A stretch of DNA of 64,000 bases, from assembly GCA_017549565.1 (NCBI GenBank), contig JAFYUI010000028.1, positions 41,788 to 105,787 on the forward strand. The letters run 5' to 3'. Origin of the DNA: Clostridia bacterium (GTDB taxonomy: Bacteria; Bacillota; Clostridia; Oscillospirales; Acutalibacteraceae). A program made the position numbers and the translations under genes. Positions within the stretch are counted from its first letter, which is position 1, and each line of letters starts with the position of its first letter. The notes under the pieces are model-generated. The model ran no database searches, was not told the DNA's origin, and saw only the letters and a program-made list of their open reading frames with translations. Below are positions 10,655-20,907 of the stretch, one piece after another.

Positions 10655-11751
10655 AGAAAATAATTAGCATATTTATGACGTTGGCGCTTTTGTGCCTATC
10701 ACTTACCGGTTGCGGTTATGAATATCAAGAACTATCCCTTGTTGGAACATATACCCGCGATTACGCTGGTACTGAAATCACCGTTTACAACTGGGGCGAA
10801 TATATTTCCGACGGTGCTGACGGTGCTATTGATGTTAACCGCGAATTTGAAAAAGTTACAGGCATTAAAGTTAACTACCTTACCTTTGAAAGCAACGAAA
10901 CAATGTATTCGCAGGTTAAAAACGGCGGTGTTAAATACGATATTATTATCCCGTCCGACTATATGATAGGCCGCCTTATTAAAGAGGGCGAGCTTCAAAA
11001 AATTGACACATCGAAGCTTTCAAACTATAACCTTATCGGCGAGCAGTATAAATCCCTTTTCTTTGATCCTAAAAACGAATATACAGTCCCCTATTCTGTT
11101 GGTATGGTTGGCGTTATTTACAACCAAAAGTTAGTTGGCGATGTTGAAAATTCGTGGGGCGTTTTGTGGGATGAAAAATATAAGGACCAAACCCTTAACT
11201 TTAACAACCCGCGCGACGCTTTTATGACAGCCCAAATGCTTTTGGGGCAAGACCTTAATTCAACTAACAAGGATGACTGGAAGGCCGCCGCTGAAAAATT
11301 AAAAGAGGGTAAGGCGAATTTACAGTCTTATGTAATGGATGAAGTTTACGGCAAGATGGAAACTGGCGAGGCCGCAATTGCACCTTATTATGCGGGCGAC
11401 TATTTAACAATGCTTGAAACCAACCCCGACCTTCGTTTCTTCTATCCCAAAGAGGGCACAAACATTTTTGTGGATTCAATTTGTATACCAAAAAATGCCA
11501 AAAATAAGGATGCCGCAATGCTTTATATAAACTTCCTTTTAGAGCCCGACATTGCCACCGCAAATGCCGAATATATCGGTTATGCCTCACCTAATACTGC
11601 GGTAATCAACAACCCTGATTATTACTATTATCAAAACGAAATTTTGTATCCCGATGAAAAAGATATGCCAAAGGTTCAGTATTATCACGATATTGATGAT
11701 AAAATTCGCATATACTATGAAACCTTGTGGGTGCAGGTTAAACTTTATTAG
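10651..11751 (+). CDS. potD: spermidine/putrescine ABC transporter substrate-binding lipoprotein PotD
   Basis: Lipobox LSLTGCG. PotD/PotF-type periplasmic-binding-protein sequence. Last gene of the operon. Confidence 0.9.
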   Translation: MKKIISIFMTLALLCLSLTGCGYEYQELSLVGTYTRDYAGTEITVYNWGEYISDGADGAIDVNREFEKVTGIKVNYLTFESNETMYSQVKNGGVKYDIIIPSDYMIGRLIKEGELQKIDTSKLSNYNLIGEQYKSLFFDPKNEYTVPYSVGMVGVIYNQKLVGDVENSWGVLWDEKYKDQTLNFNNPRDAFMTAQMLLGQDLNSTNKDDWKAAAEKLKEGKANLQSYVMDEVYGKMETGEAAIAPYYAGDYLTMLETNPDLRFFYPKEGTNIFVDSICIPKNAKNKDAAMLYINFLLEPDIATANAEYIGYASPNTAVINNPDYYYYQNEILYPDEKDMPKVQYYHDIDDKIRIYYETLWVQVKLY

Positions 11752-11752
11752 C

Positions 11753-11787
11753 AAAAACGGACTTGGAAATCTCCAAGTCCGTTTGTT
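11753..11787. terminator. bidirectional intrinsic terminator between potD (+) and proC (-)
   Basis: AAAAACGGACTTGGA-AATC-TCCAAGTCCGTTTGTT: an 11-bp stem flanked by an A-tract and a T-tract. Confidence 0.85.
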
Positions 11788-11799
11788 ATTTATTATAAA

Positions 11800-12609
11800 C
11801 TATTTACCCAATTCCTTTGTTCTTTTAAAAGATGCCGCAACAGTATCATTTACAATATTATCAAATTCGGAATTTAATAATACTTCGACACCCTCAATGG
11901 TTGAGCCCTTTGGACTGCATACACGCTGGCGCAAGGTTTCGGGGCTTTCACCGCTTGTAAGCAACAATTCCGCCGCACCCTTTAAGGTTTGGGCGGCATA
12001 TAAAATGGCTTTATCTTGCGATAAACCAACATTTTCGCCTGCTTTTGCCAAGGCATTTGCAAAGGTGTAAACAAATGCAGGGCCACAGCCCGAAATAACC
12101 GAGCCGGCGTCAATTAAATCTTGCGGTATTTTATCAAGCTTGCCCGAATATTTAAGCGCATTTTCAAATTCAGCCACTTCTTCTTCGGTGATTACGGGAC
12201 AGGTTGCGTATAAAAGCATACCCTCGCCCACTGCAACGGGTGTGTTTGGCATAATGCGAATGGTCGGCAATTTGGCATCTAAAATTTCATTATATTTTGA
12301 AATTTCAAGCCCTGCCGCCATTGTAACCAAAATAAAGCGGTCTTCTCTTGCCTTTAAAAGTGATGCAAGAGGTGATAAAACCTCCGCCATAACCTGTGGC
12401 TTAACACCAAGAAAAATATATTTAGCATTTTTTACAATTTCTTCGTTATTCGAAACAGCTGCGCCGATTTTTTCGGCCAATGCGGTGGCTTTTTCATTAT
12501 CGGGGTCGGATAGTAAAATTTCACTACCCCCTACCGATTTTGAAACAGCTTGTGCCAAGGCACTGCCCATATTGCCACAACCGATAAACCCAAACATTTT
12601 GGTTGACAT
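11800..12609 (-). CDS. proC: pyrroline-5-carboxylate reductase ProC
   Basis: 269 aa. Rossmann FGFIGCGNMGSA and P5CR C-terminal dimerisation domain (PKGSTIEGV). RBS AGGTGAG. Confidence 0.93.
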   Translation of the reverse strand: MSTKMFGFIGCGNMGSALAQAVSKSVGGSEILLSDPDNEKATALAEKIGAAVSNNEEIVKNAKYIFLGVKPQVMAEVLSPLASLLKAREDRFILVTMAAGLEISKYNEILDAKLPTIRIMPNTPVAVGEGMLLYATCPVITEEEVAEFENALKYSGKLDKIPQDLIDAGSVISGCGPAFVYTFANALAKAGENVGLSQDKAILYAAQTLKGAAELLLTSGESPETLRQRVCSPKGSTIEGVEVLLNSEFDNIVNDTVAASFKRTKELGK

Positions 12610-12613
12610 AATG

Positions 12614-13843
12614 TTATCTCACCTGACCGTTTCCTTTAATAATGTATTTATAAGTGTTAAGTTCCCTTAGTCCCATAGGCCCTCTTGCGTGAAGCTTTTG
12701 GGTAGAAATGCCCATTTCACAGCCAAGACCAAACTCGCCACCGTCGGTAAAACGGGTGGAAGCATTGACATAAACGGCCGCCGAATCAACACAAGCGGTG
12801 AAGTAGTTTGCCGCATTTTCATCCGATGTGATAATGCTTTCACTGTGATGGGTGGAATGGCTGGCAATATGCTCTACCGCCGCCGACACGCCATCAACAA
12901 CTTTTATAGCCATTTTATAATCTAAAAATTCGGTGTCGAACTCTTCGTCCCATGCGGGTATAACACCTATTATACCGCAAGTATCCTTGCAACCGATAAG
13001 TTCTACCCTGCCATTAAACATTTCATAAAGCTTTGGTAAAAATTCATTTGCAATAGCTTTATCAACAAGCAAAACCTCCGCCGCGTTGCAAACTGATGGG
13101 CGACTTGTTTTTGCGTTGTCAACAATTTTAAGCGCCATATCAAAATCGGCAGTTTTTTCAACAAAAATGTGGCAAATGCCTGTGCCCGTTTCAATGCAAG
13201 GCACTTTAGCGTTTTCAACACATGCCTGAATTAAACCCTTGCCACCGCGTGGAATAAGTACATCCACCAAACCACGCGCTGTCATAAGTTCGTTAGCACT
13301 TTGGCGGGTAGTGTCTTCAACAAGGTTTACATAATCACTATTAACTCCACATTCCGCAAGGCCTTTTTTAAGGGCATTCACAATGGCTTTTGCCGAATTA
13401 AATGCCTCTTTACCGCCACGAAGAACACAAACATTACCGCTTTTAAAGGCAAGTGCCGCAGCATCAGAAGTTACATTTGGGCGGCTTTCATAAATGATTG
13501 CCACAACACCGATAGGTACCGCAACCTTATTTACCACAAGGCCGTTTTTTAAGGTGTGACTGCTTAAAACCTTACCAACATTATCGGGCAAATCGCGGAC
13601 ATCCTCTATCCCCTTTGCCATGGCTTTAATGCGGTCGCTATTAAGCATTAGGCGGTCAAGCATTGTGTCACTGATTTTGCCCTTTGCATTTTGCATATCG
13701 ATAGCATTGGCTGCTAAAATTTCGTTAGTTGCCAAAAGCAGCGCCTTTGCCATTGCGGTAAGTGCGTTATTTTTTATATCGGTAGGTAAAGCGGCGCTCA
13801 AAGACACCGCCTTTGCTTTTTGTAAAATTTCAAGTGTTGTCAT
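12614..13843 (-). CDS. proA: glutamate-5-semialdehyde dehydrogenase ProA
   Basis: 409 aa. Aldehyde-dehydrogenase fold with catalytic-Cys region [12 protein letters not shown], and ASTRFTDG. Confidence 0.95.
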   Translation of the reverse strand: MTTLEILQKAKAVSLSAALPTDIKNNALTAMAKALLLATNEILAANAIDMQNAKGKISDTMLDRLMLNSDRIKAMAKGIEDVRDLPDNVGKVLSSHTLKNGLVVNKVAVPIGVVAIIYESRPNVTSDAAALAFKSGNVCVLRGGKEAFNSAKAIVNALKKGLAECGVNSDYVNLVEDTTRQSANELMTARGLVDVLIPRGGKGLIQACVENAKVPCIETGTGICHIFVEKTADFDMALKIVDNAKTSRPSVCNAAEVLLVDKAIANEFLPKLYEMFNGRVELIGCKDTCGIIGVIPAWDEEFDTEFLDYKMAIKVVDGVSAAVEHIASHSTHHSESIITSDENAANYFTACVDSAAVYVNASTRFTDGGEFGLGCEMGISTQKLHARGPMGLRELNTYKYIIKGNGQVR

Positions 13844-14610
13844 TACTTTTCACCAATAAACCTTGTGCCGACATTTTTGCCGTCAACAATGTCATAAAGA
13901 TTTTCAGGGTTATCGCCGTTTGCAATAACCATATCAATGCCCTGCTTTGTCACAATCTTTGCGGCCTTAATTTTGGTGGCCATACCGCCTGTGCCAAGGT
14001 TACTGCCAACGCCACCTATCATCGCTTCAATTTTTTCATCAATTTTTTCGACCTTATGTAAAAGCAAGGCATTGCTGTCTTTATGTGGGTCGGCGGTGTA
14101 AAGACCGTCGATATCAGACAAAATTATAAGCAAATCAGCATGAATTGCGGTTGCAACAATAGCGCCCAAGGTGTCGTTATCACCAATTTCAATTTCAGCA
14201 GTTGAAACCGAGTCATTTTCATTTATAATCGGCAATGCGCCCAACTCTAAAAGTCGTGCCATTGTGTTTATAAAGTTCAATTTTCGGTCGGCGTGTTCGA
14301 TATCCTCGCCCGTTACAAGAATTTGTGCAACGGTATGATTATACTGCGAGAATAAGCGGTCATAGGTGTACATAAGCTCGCATTGGCCAACCGCGGCCGC
14401 CGCCTGCTTTGTTGGGATGTCGGTGGGTTTTTTAGCAAGGGATAGCTTGCCAACACCCATACCGATAGCGCCCGAAGACACCAAAATAACTTCATTTCCT
14501 GCATTTTTAAGGTCGCTCATAACCTTGCAAAGTTCTTCAACACGGTGAATATTTAAAAGCCCCGTTTTGTGAGCCAAGGTTGAAGTGCCAATTTTAACAA
14601 CAATACGCAT
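13843..14610 (-). CDS. proB: glutamate 5-kinase ProB (short form without PUA domain)
   Basis: 255 aa. [12 protein letters not shown] amino-acid-kinase N-terminus and GTGGMATK. Ends right after the kinase domain. TAATG junction with proA. Confidence 0.93.
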   Translation of the reverse strand: MRIVVKIGTSTLAHKTGLLNIHRVEELCKVMSDLKNAGNEVILVSSGAIGMGVGKLSLAKKPTDIPTKQAAAAVGQCELMYTYDRLFSQYNHTVAQILVTGEDIEHADRKLNFINTMARLLELGALPIINENDSVSTAEIEIGDNDTLGAIVATAIHADLLIILSDIDGLYTADPHKDSNALLLHKVEKIDEKIEAMIGGVGSNLGTGGMATKIKAAKIVTKQGIDMVIANGDNPENLYDIVDGKNVGTRFIGEK

Positions 14611-14626
14611 TGTAATAATCCCCTAT

Positions 14627-15610
14627 TTAAAGAGTTGCGGCCATAACCGCTTTAATTGTGTGCATACGGTTTTCGGCTTCGTCAAATACGATTGACTGAC
14701 TGCTTTCAAAAACTTCGTCAGTTACTTCCATTTCGCTAATGCCAAACTTTTCGCCAATTTGTTTGCCCAAGGTAGTATCAAGGTTGTGGAATGATGGTAA
14801 GCAATGCATAAATACTGCTTGTTCGCCTGCATTTTCCATAACCTTTTTATTAACTTGATAAGGTGATAAATCTTTAATTCTTTCTTCCCAAACGCTGTCG
14901 GGTTCGCCCATAGAAACCCAAACATCAGTTGCAATAACATCGGTACCTTTTGTTGCTTTCATGGGGTCGGTTTCAAATGTGATAGTAGCCCCTGTTTCTT
15001 TTGCTATTGCTTGACAGGTTTCAATTAAATCACTATTGGGGAAGTATTTTTCAGGTGCACAAACGGTAAAGTTCATACCCATTTTAGCGGCACCCACCAT
15101 ATAAGAATTACCCATATTATAACGGGCATCGCCCATATAAACAAAGTTGACGCCTTGAAGTTTGCCAAATTTTTCTTTAACTGTTAAAAAGTCGGCTAAA
15201 ATTTGGGTTGGGTGGAATTCGTTTGTTAAGCCGTTCCAAACGGGAACACCCGCATATTTTGAAAGCTCCTCAACAATTTCCTGCCCAAAGCCACGATATT
15301 CGATACCGTCGTAAATACGACCGAGCACACGGGCAGTATCGGCAATGCTTTCTTTTTTACCTATTTGTGAGCCCTGCGGGTCAAGATATGTAACACCCAT
15401 GCCCAAATCATACGCCGCAACTTCAAAACTGCAACGAGTACGGGTGCTTGTTTTTTCGAATATTAAGGCAATATTCTTACCTTCGCAAAGGCGGTGCGGA
15501 ATGCCCATTTTCTTTTTATATTTAAGTTCGCTTGCTAAATCGATAAGGCAATCGATTTCAGCGGGAGTAAAATCAAGAAGCTTTAAAAAGCTTTTACCTT
15601 TAAAGTCCAT
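14627..15610 (-). CDS. argF: ornithine carbamoyltransferase ArgF
   Basis: 327 aa. STRTR carbamoyl-phosphate motif, HPTQ and HCLP ornithine-site motifs. Confidence 0.95.
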   Translation of the reverse strand: MDFKGKSFLKLLDFTPAEIDCLIDLASELKYKKKMGIPHRLCEGKNIALIFEKTSTRTRCSFEVAAYDLGMGVTYLDPQGSQIGKKESIADTARVLGRIYDGIEYRGFGQEIVEELSKYAGVPVWNGLTNEFHPTQILADFLTVKEKFGKLQGVNFVYMGDARYNMGNSYMVGAAKMGMNFTVCAPEKYFPNSDLIETCQAIAKETGATITFETDPMKATKGTDVIATDVWVSMGEPDSVWEERIKDLSPYQVNKKVMENAGEQAVFMHCLPSFHNLDTTLGKQIGEKFGISEMEVTDEVFESSQSIVFDEAENRMHTIKAVMAATL

Positions 15611-15617
15611 AATAAGC

Positions 15618-17003
15618 TTATCTCTTTTCCTTTAAAAATTCGTTAAAGTAATTTATTTGTGTATTTACTGAATCAGGACCTGTGCTACCCAAAGAAATAC
15701 GCTTTGCAACACAAGTTTCAAGTGAAATTTCGTTATATAAATCATTATCGAAAATATCGCTAAATTCTTTATATTTTTCAATGGGCATTGTGTCTAATAC
15801 CAAATTTTCCTTAATGCAATAAGCCACAATTTCGCCAACGTGCTTATAAGCAGTTCTAAAAGGCATACCCTTTTTAACCATATAGTCGGCAAGGTCGGTA
15901 GCGTTAATAAAGCCCTTGCCCGCCGCTTTATACATATTATCTTTTAAAACGGTCATTGTGGCAACCATTGGGGTGAATACACCTAAACACATTTTTACGG
16001 TGTCAACTGCGTCAAAAATTGCTTCTTTATCCTCTTGCATATCCTTATTGTAAGCAAGCGGAATGCCCTTTAAGGTGGTTAAGAGCGCCATTAAGTCACC
16101 ATAAACTCTGCCCGTTTTACCACGCACAAGTTCTGCCATATCAGGATTTTTCTTTTGTGGCATAATTGATGAGCCGGTTGTATAGCTATCATCAAGCTCG
16201 ATAAACTTAAATTCCCAACTTGACCACAAAATAATTTCTTCTGAAAAGCGTGAGAGGTGCATCATTAAAATTGCATAGTCGGACAAAAGCTCCAAACAAA
16301 AATCTCTGTCCGATACACCGTCAATGCTGTTAAGGGAAATACCTGTAAAGCCAAGGCGTTGGGCTTCAAAAGCGCGGTCGGTGTTATAGGTAGTACCTGC
16401 CAAAGCGCAAGACCCAATTGGACACTGTGACCACATTCTACCCAATGCATCTTGTAAACGGTCAAAGTCACGCTTTAACATAAAAGCATAGCTTAAAATA
16501 TGGTGTGCAAAGGTTATAGGTTGCGCCCTTTGAAGATGGGTGTACCCAGGCATAATAGCGTCTTTATATTCTTCGGCCTTGTCCTTAATTGCGGCAATAA
16601 GTTCCACAATAAGCTTGCCGATTTCTTCACATTCGTTTGCAAGATAAAGGCGAACATCAAGGGCAACCTGGTCGTTACGGCTTCTTGCAGTATGTAATTT
16701 CTTGCCTGTATCACCGATACGCTTTGTAAGCTCGGCCTCAACAAACATGTGAATATCTTCAGCATCCATATCAATAGCCAAACTGCCGTTTTCTATATCC
16801 TCTAAAATACCGCTAAGGCCGTTAATAATTACCTCAGCTTCAGTTTTAGAAATGATGCCCTGATTAGCAAGCATCGTAGCGTGTACCATTGAGCCGGTAA
16901 TATCTTGTTTATACATACGGCAGTCAAAATGAATGGAAGAATTAAAGTCATCCGCTTGTTTATCAAGGGCCTTTTCGAACCTGCCCGCCCACATTTTATC
17001 CAT
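15618..17003 (-). CDS. argH: argininosuccinate lyase ArgH
   Basis: 461 aa. MWAGRFEK N-terminus and fumarate-lyase signature [12 protein letters not shown]. Confidence 0.96.
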   Translation of the reverse strand: MDKMWAGRFEKALDKQADDFNSSIHFDCRMYKQDITGSMVHATMLANQGIISKTEAEVIINGLSGILEDIENGSLAIDMDAEDIHMFVEAELTKRIGDTGKKLHTARSRNDQVALDVRLYLANECEEIGKLIVELIAAIKDKAEEYKDAIMPGYTHLQRAQPITFAHHILSYAFMLKRDFDRLQDALGRMWSQCPIGSCALAGTTYNTDRAFEAQRLGFTGISLNSIDGVSDRDFCLELLSDYAILMMHLSRFSEEIILWSSWEFKFIELDDSYTTGSSIMPQKKNPDMAELVRGKTGRVYGDLMALLTTLKGIPLAYNKDMQEDKEAIFDAVDTVKMCLGVFTPMVATMTVLKDNMYKAAGKGFINATDLADYMVKKGMPFRTAYKHVGEIVAYCIKENLVLDTMPIEKYKEFSDIFDNDLYNEISLETCVAKRISLGSTGPDSVNTQINYFNEFLKEKR

Positions 17004-17050
17004 TAAAAAACATTCCTTTCCCCCATTTTTAAAAGGGGTAATATTGCGAC

Positions 17051-17088
17051 AAAATCGTCTACGGCGCCAAAAGGCACCGTGACGATTT
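17051..17088 (-). terminator. strong hairpin (terminator or processing site) between argG and argH
   Basis: Minus strand AAATCGTCACGGTGCC-TTTT-GGCGCCGTAGACGATTTT: a stem of about 16 bp with one bulge. T-runs on both sides. Confidence 0.6.
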
Positions 17089-17100
17089 GTTTTTAGTTAA

Positions 17101-18330
17101 TTATTTAAGGCCGTTTTTTGCCTTCATTTTTGCATTAACCTTGGTTGAAAGACCATAAAGGTTAATAAAGCCGGTTGCTTCGCTTTGATCGTAAACATCG
17201 TCTTCGTCAAAGGTTGCAATTTCGGGGTCGTAAAGTGAATAAGGTGAGGTAACACCTGCGTTAATCATATTACCCTTATAAAGTTTTAAGGTAACATCGC
17301 CTGTAACGGTTTTTTGGGTTTCCTTAACGAAAGCTAAAATTGCTTGGGTCAAGGGTGAGAACCAAAGCGCATTGTAAACATTTTCAGCAAGTTTTTGTGC
17401 AATAAGTGCCTTATAATGTGCGGTATCTCTGTCAAGGCAGATGGTTTCAAGCACATTGTGTGCCTTGTAAAGAATTGCACCGCCGGGGGTTTCATAAACG
17501 CCGCGGCACTTCATACCAACGAGACGATTTTCAACGATGTCCAAAAGGCCGATGCCGTTTTCACCGCCGAGCTTATTAAGGGTGGTAACAATGCCAACAG
17601 AATCCATTTCCTTGCCATCAATAGCGGTGGGAACACCCTTTTCAAAGTGGATGGTTACATAGGTTGCCTTGTCGGGTGCCATTTCGGGAGAAACGCCCAT
17701 TTCCAAGAAGCCGGGCTTGTTATAAAGTGGCTCGTTTGCGGGGTCTTCCAAATCAAGACCTTCGTGAGATAAGTGCCAAATGTTTTTATCCTTTGAATAG
17801 TTGGTTTCGCGGTTAATTTTAAGCGGAACATTATGCGCTTCGGCATAATCAATTTCCTCTTCACGAGATTTAATATCCCATTCACGCCAAGGTGCAATAA
17901 TTGTCATATCGGGAGCAAATGCCTTAATTGCAAGCTCGAAACGAACTTGGTCGTTACCCTTACCTGTACATCCGTGACAAATAGCGTCAGCACCCTCAGC
18001 GATTGCAATTTCAGCAATTCTTTTAGCAATAATAGGACGTGCAAAAGCAGTACCTAACATATAATCTTCATAAAGTGCGCCTGCTTGAACACAGGGGAAA
18101 ACATAATCGTCCAAAAATTCTTTGGTAAGATTTTCGATATAAATTTTTGAAGCGCCTGTTTTAATTGCCTTTTCTTCAAGACCTTCAAGCTCGTCTGCTT
18201 GACCAACATTACCCGAAACTGCAATAATTTCAGGGTTGTTGTAATTTTCCTTTAACCAAGGAATAATAATAGAAGTATCCAAACCGCCCGAATAAGCGAG
18301 AACTACCTTTTTAATTTCTTTTTTTGCCAT
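17101..18330 (-). CDS. argG: argininosuccinate synthase ArgG
   Basis: [11 protein letters not shown]-loop motif. ATG at 18330 (MAKKEIKK...) lies 9 nt after GGAGG; the track start at 18351 contains that RBS, so I trimmed it. Confidence 0.96.
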   Translation of the reverse strand: MAKKEIKKVVLAYSGGLDTSIIIPWLKENYNNPEIIAVSGNVGQADELEGLEEKAIKTGASKIYIENLTKEFLDDYVFPCVQAGALYEDYMLGTAFARPIIAKRIAEIAIAEGADAICHGCTGKGNDQVRFELAIKAFAPDMTIIAPWREWDIKSREEEIDYAEAHNVPLKINRETNYSKDKNIWHLSHEGLDLEDPANEPLYNKPGFLEMGVSPEMAPDKATYVTIHFEKGVPTAIDGKEMDSVGIVTTLNKLGGENGIGLLDIVENRLVGMKCRGVYETPGGAILYKAHNVLETICLDRDTAHYKALIAQKLAENVYNALWFSPLTQAILAFVKETQKTVTGDVTLKLYKGNMINAGVTSPYSLYDPEIATFDEDDVYDQSEATGFINLYGLSTKVNAKMKAKNGLK

Positions 18331-18344
18331 TTTTAAAACCTCCG

Positions 18345-18454
18345 TATGCATTTATGCATTTCTTTTTCAATAATATGCATTGATTATATCATATAGCGAA
18401 TAAATATGCAAGTATTTATTCGAAATTTCAACTCATTTTTGCATTTTTATGCAA
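18345..18454 (-). promoter_or_regulatory. argG promoter (TTGCAT-17-TATAAT) embedded in an array of ATGCAT/TTGCAT half-sites (ArgR/AhrC operator-like)
   Basis: The -10 is at 18383-18388 and the -35 at 18406-18411 (minus strand). Hexamers at 18346, 18354, 18375, 18406, 18439 and 18449. Perfect palindrome TTGCAT-TTTT-ATGCAA at 18439-18454. 26-bp palindrome CGAATAAATA-TGCAAG-TATTTATTCG at 18397-18422 across the -35. Confidence 0.55.
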
Positions 18455-18466
18455 GTTGTATAAATT

Positions 18467-20005
18467 TTAGTCCATATTATCCCAAGTTTTTTCATCACTG
18501 GGCTGTTTTTTGGTTTTAATGCGGTTAATAACAAAGCCACTTATAATGCAAAGACCAAAAATTACCCAACCGCCCAAAATGTTGGAGAGTAAGTTGTATC
18601 CGTCCGCAGCACCATAAAGTCCCTTATTATTCACAAACAAGTTAACAATGTTCCAAACAAAGATAACGCTTAAAGCAACAGGGGCAATAACCTTAACTGC
18701 CGCATAGAACCAAACTTTCGGCATTTTAAAGCCCGTTGCATTGCGGTTAATTTCCTTAACCACCTTATCAGTTTTAAAGAACCAACCAATTGCTATAGTT
18801 TCAACAATACCAACCAAAATAAGAGTAAAGCTGTTGCACCAGTTGTCAACAATATCAAGCACGGCAAGACCTGCGCCTGTTGTATATACTAAAGAAATAA
18901 TGCCCGCAATTACACAAATTGCAATTGTGGTTTTCTTTTTGTTTGTGCCAAATTTATCTGAAAATGCGGTTGAAATACCCTCAACAAGTGAGAAAGCCGA
19001 GTCAATAGCCAAGGTGCAAAGGCAGAAATAGAAAACAAACGAGAAAAACGCATTAAATATGCCGCTACCCGAAAGATTTACAATAGCAGTTGGATAAACA
19101 ATAAATGCAAGACCCGGGCCTGCTTTTTCGGCCAAAACATTTTCCATACCTGTGCCGTACATTGTGGTAAACATTACAATACCTGCTAAAAGTGAAACTG
19201 CCAAATCGCTAAAAGCAATAATAAGACCGTCTCTTGCGATATTGCTCTTATCGTCAAGGAAAGAGCCGTAAGCAATCATAATTGCCATCATAACCGACAT
19301 ACTGTAAAATACTTGACCAACAGCGTCAACCCAAATCATTGGGTCAGAAAGGGCAGAAAAATCGGGAATAAAGAATGCCGCAAGGCCTTTAAGTGCACCG
19401 GGCATTGTAACACCCTTTATTGTCATAATTACAAAACAAACAACCGGCAAGAAAATTAAATACTTAATAACCTTATCAATGCTTTTTGTACCGTTGCGGA
19501 TGCAATAGTAAATAGAACCCCAAGCCGCCAAAAGACAAGCAATAACAGGAATTGATAATGTGCCAAAGCCCTTTATTGTGCCTGTGGTTTTAATAAGCCC
19601 TGCCCACAAGCCGCTTGCGGCATCGTTATTACCTGTCATACCGATAAACTTAAAGCTGAAGACTGCCATCATAATAACCCAGGCAAAAACAACAGCGTAA
19701 TATGTAACAATTACAAAAGCGTTGGTGGTTGCAGCCCAACCTATTGGCTCAAACCACTTTTTCATACCACGAAGCGCACCCGGTGCACCCGAACGCATTT
19801 TGCGGCCGATTGAAATTTCCATCATTAAAAGCGGTATACCTATTACAAGCAACGCAACGATATACACAAGTAAAAATGCGCCGCCGCCATGCTTTGCCGC
19901 AAGGTTTGGAAAACGCCAAGCGTTACCAAGACCGACTGCCGAGCCGATTGCCGCCAAAATAAATGTTGCACTTGAGCCCCAAGTGGAGCGTTTAGTTTCT
20001 GACAT
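18467..20005 (-). CDS. sodium-dependent transporter, neurotransmitter:sodium symporter (NSS/SNF) family
   Basis: 512 aa, about 12 TM. Canonical NSS N-terminus FILAAIGSAVGLGNAWRFP. Confidence 0.9.
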   Translation of the reverse strand: MSETKRSTWGSSATFILAAIGSAVGLGNAWRFPNLAAKHGGGAFLLVYIVALLVIGIPLLMMEISIGRKMRSGAPGALRGMKKWFEPIGWAATTNAFVIVTYYAVVFAWVIMMAVFSFKFIGMTGNNDAASGLWAGLIKTTGTIKGFGTLSIPVIACLLAAWGSIYYCIRNGTKSIDKVIKYLIFLPVVCFVIMTIKGVTMPGALKGLAAFFIPDFSALSDPMIWVDAVGQVFYSMSVMMAIMIAYGSFLDDKSNIARDGLIIAFSDLAVSLLAGIVMFTTMYGTGMENVLAEKAGPGLAFIVYPTAIVNLSGSGIFNAFFSFVFYFCLCTLAIDSAFSLVEGISTAFSDKFGTNKKKTTIAICVIAGIISLVYTTGAGLAVLDIVDNWCNSFTLILVGIVETIAIGWFFKTDKVVKEINRNATGFKMPKVWFYAAVKVIAPVALSVIFVWNIVNLFVNNKGLYGAADGYNLLSNILGGWVIFGLCIISGFVINRIKTKKQPSDEKTWDNMD

Positions 20006-20008
20006 AAT

Positions 20009-20905
20009 TTATTCTCCTGTTCCTACTGCCGAAGTTTCGACAGTTTCATTTTTAGGTTTTTTAACTTTAAATTCACCGATATTTCGCCTAACAATTACAT
20101 CGTCAAAGGTTTTCTTAAACGAAACCCTGCCACAAAACCTTTTACCGCAGCTGCATGTAAAGTTGGCCCAAAACCAGCGGTTTGAATATTTCCACCCCGA
20201 AACACGTTTTGCTTTTTTATGACATTCGGGGCAATTAAATATTAGCTGGCTTTTATCAACATCAGGGTCATTAAGTTTTGAAATTGCATAGCTTTTAAAA
20301 CGAAGCCGTTTGAAAAATTCAGGGTCACTGACATCCCTAATAAGTGCCTCAAAACGCTGTTTGTTATAGCATTTTTTAAGAAGATGAGCACTGACTAAGC
20401 TGTCATCCTTTGCGGTGTGAAAATCAATATCATCGGTTTTAATGCTTAAAAGCTCTGCCGCATTTGAAAGCGATATTTGATTTTTTTCTTCATAACCTGA
20501 AAGCTTCATTTCATTTTGAATAAACTTTTGCAAATCAAGATATTTTTCGATTTTAAACTTAACACCCTTTAAAAGACTTTCTTCGTTTTCCATAATGGTG
20601 TAAAGGTCAGAATTGCTCCAGGTCATTGTCACAAAATCTTCCCCCACCCACTCATTATAAGCCAAAACCGCCTCATCAAAGGGCTTACCTAAAAGCATTT
20701 TTTCGGTTGTAATGCCCGTAAGCCGAGCAAAACGCCCAGTAACCTTTTTGGAAATTGCGGATTTTATAGTTACTTCAAAGGTGTCGATTATTTTAAACTT
20801 TTCGTTAAGCTTTACAGCGCCAATTTGCAAAATTTGGTTTATAAACCGCTTTTCCGCTTTATAAAAAACGCTGTCCCACTCTAAATCAAGAATAATATAA
20901 TTCAT
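20009..20905 (-). CDS. DEDDh-type 3'-5' exonuclease with C-terminal four-Cys zinc ribbon
   Basis: ExoI motif ILDLEWDS, ExoIII H-x4-D (HTAKDD). C-terminal CPEC-x22-CSC segment. Confidence 0.75.
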   Translation of the reverse strand: MNYIILDLEWDSVFYKAEKRFINQILQIGAVKLNEKFKIIDTFEVTIKSAISKKVTGRFARLTGITTEKMLLGKPFDEAVLAYNEWVGEDFVTMTWSNSDLYTIMENEESLLKGVKFKIEKYLDLQKFIQNEMKLSGYEEKNQISLSNAAELLSIKTDDIDFHTAKDDSLVSAHLLKKCYNKQRFEALIRDVSDPEFFKRLRFKSYAISKLNDPDVDKSQLIFNCPECHKKAKRVSGWKYSNRWFWANFTCSCGKRFCGRVSFKKTFDDVIVRRNIGEFKVKKPKNETVETSAVGTGE

Positions 20906-20907
20906 TA

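Noticed and set aside
12140-12670. Plus-strand 176-aa ORF, along with 11654-12070, 19722-20222, 59309-59707, 41724-42104, 48361-48690 and many other 60-170-aa track ORFs
   Set aside because: All lie entirely antisense to, or out of frame within, genes that have strong family motifs. Their translations are Ser/Leu/Ile-rich low-complexity sequences typical of shadow ORFs.
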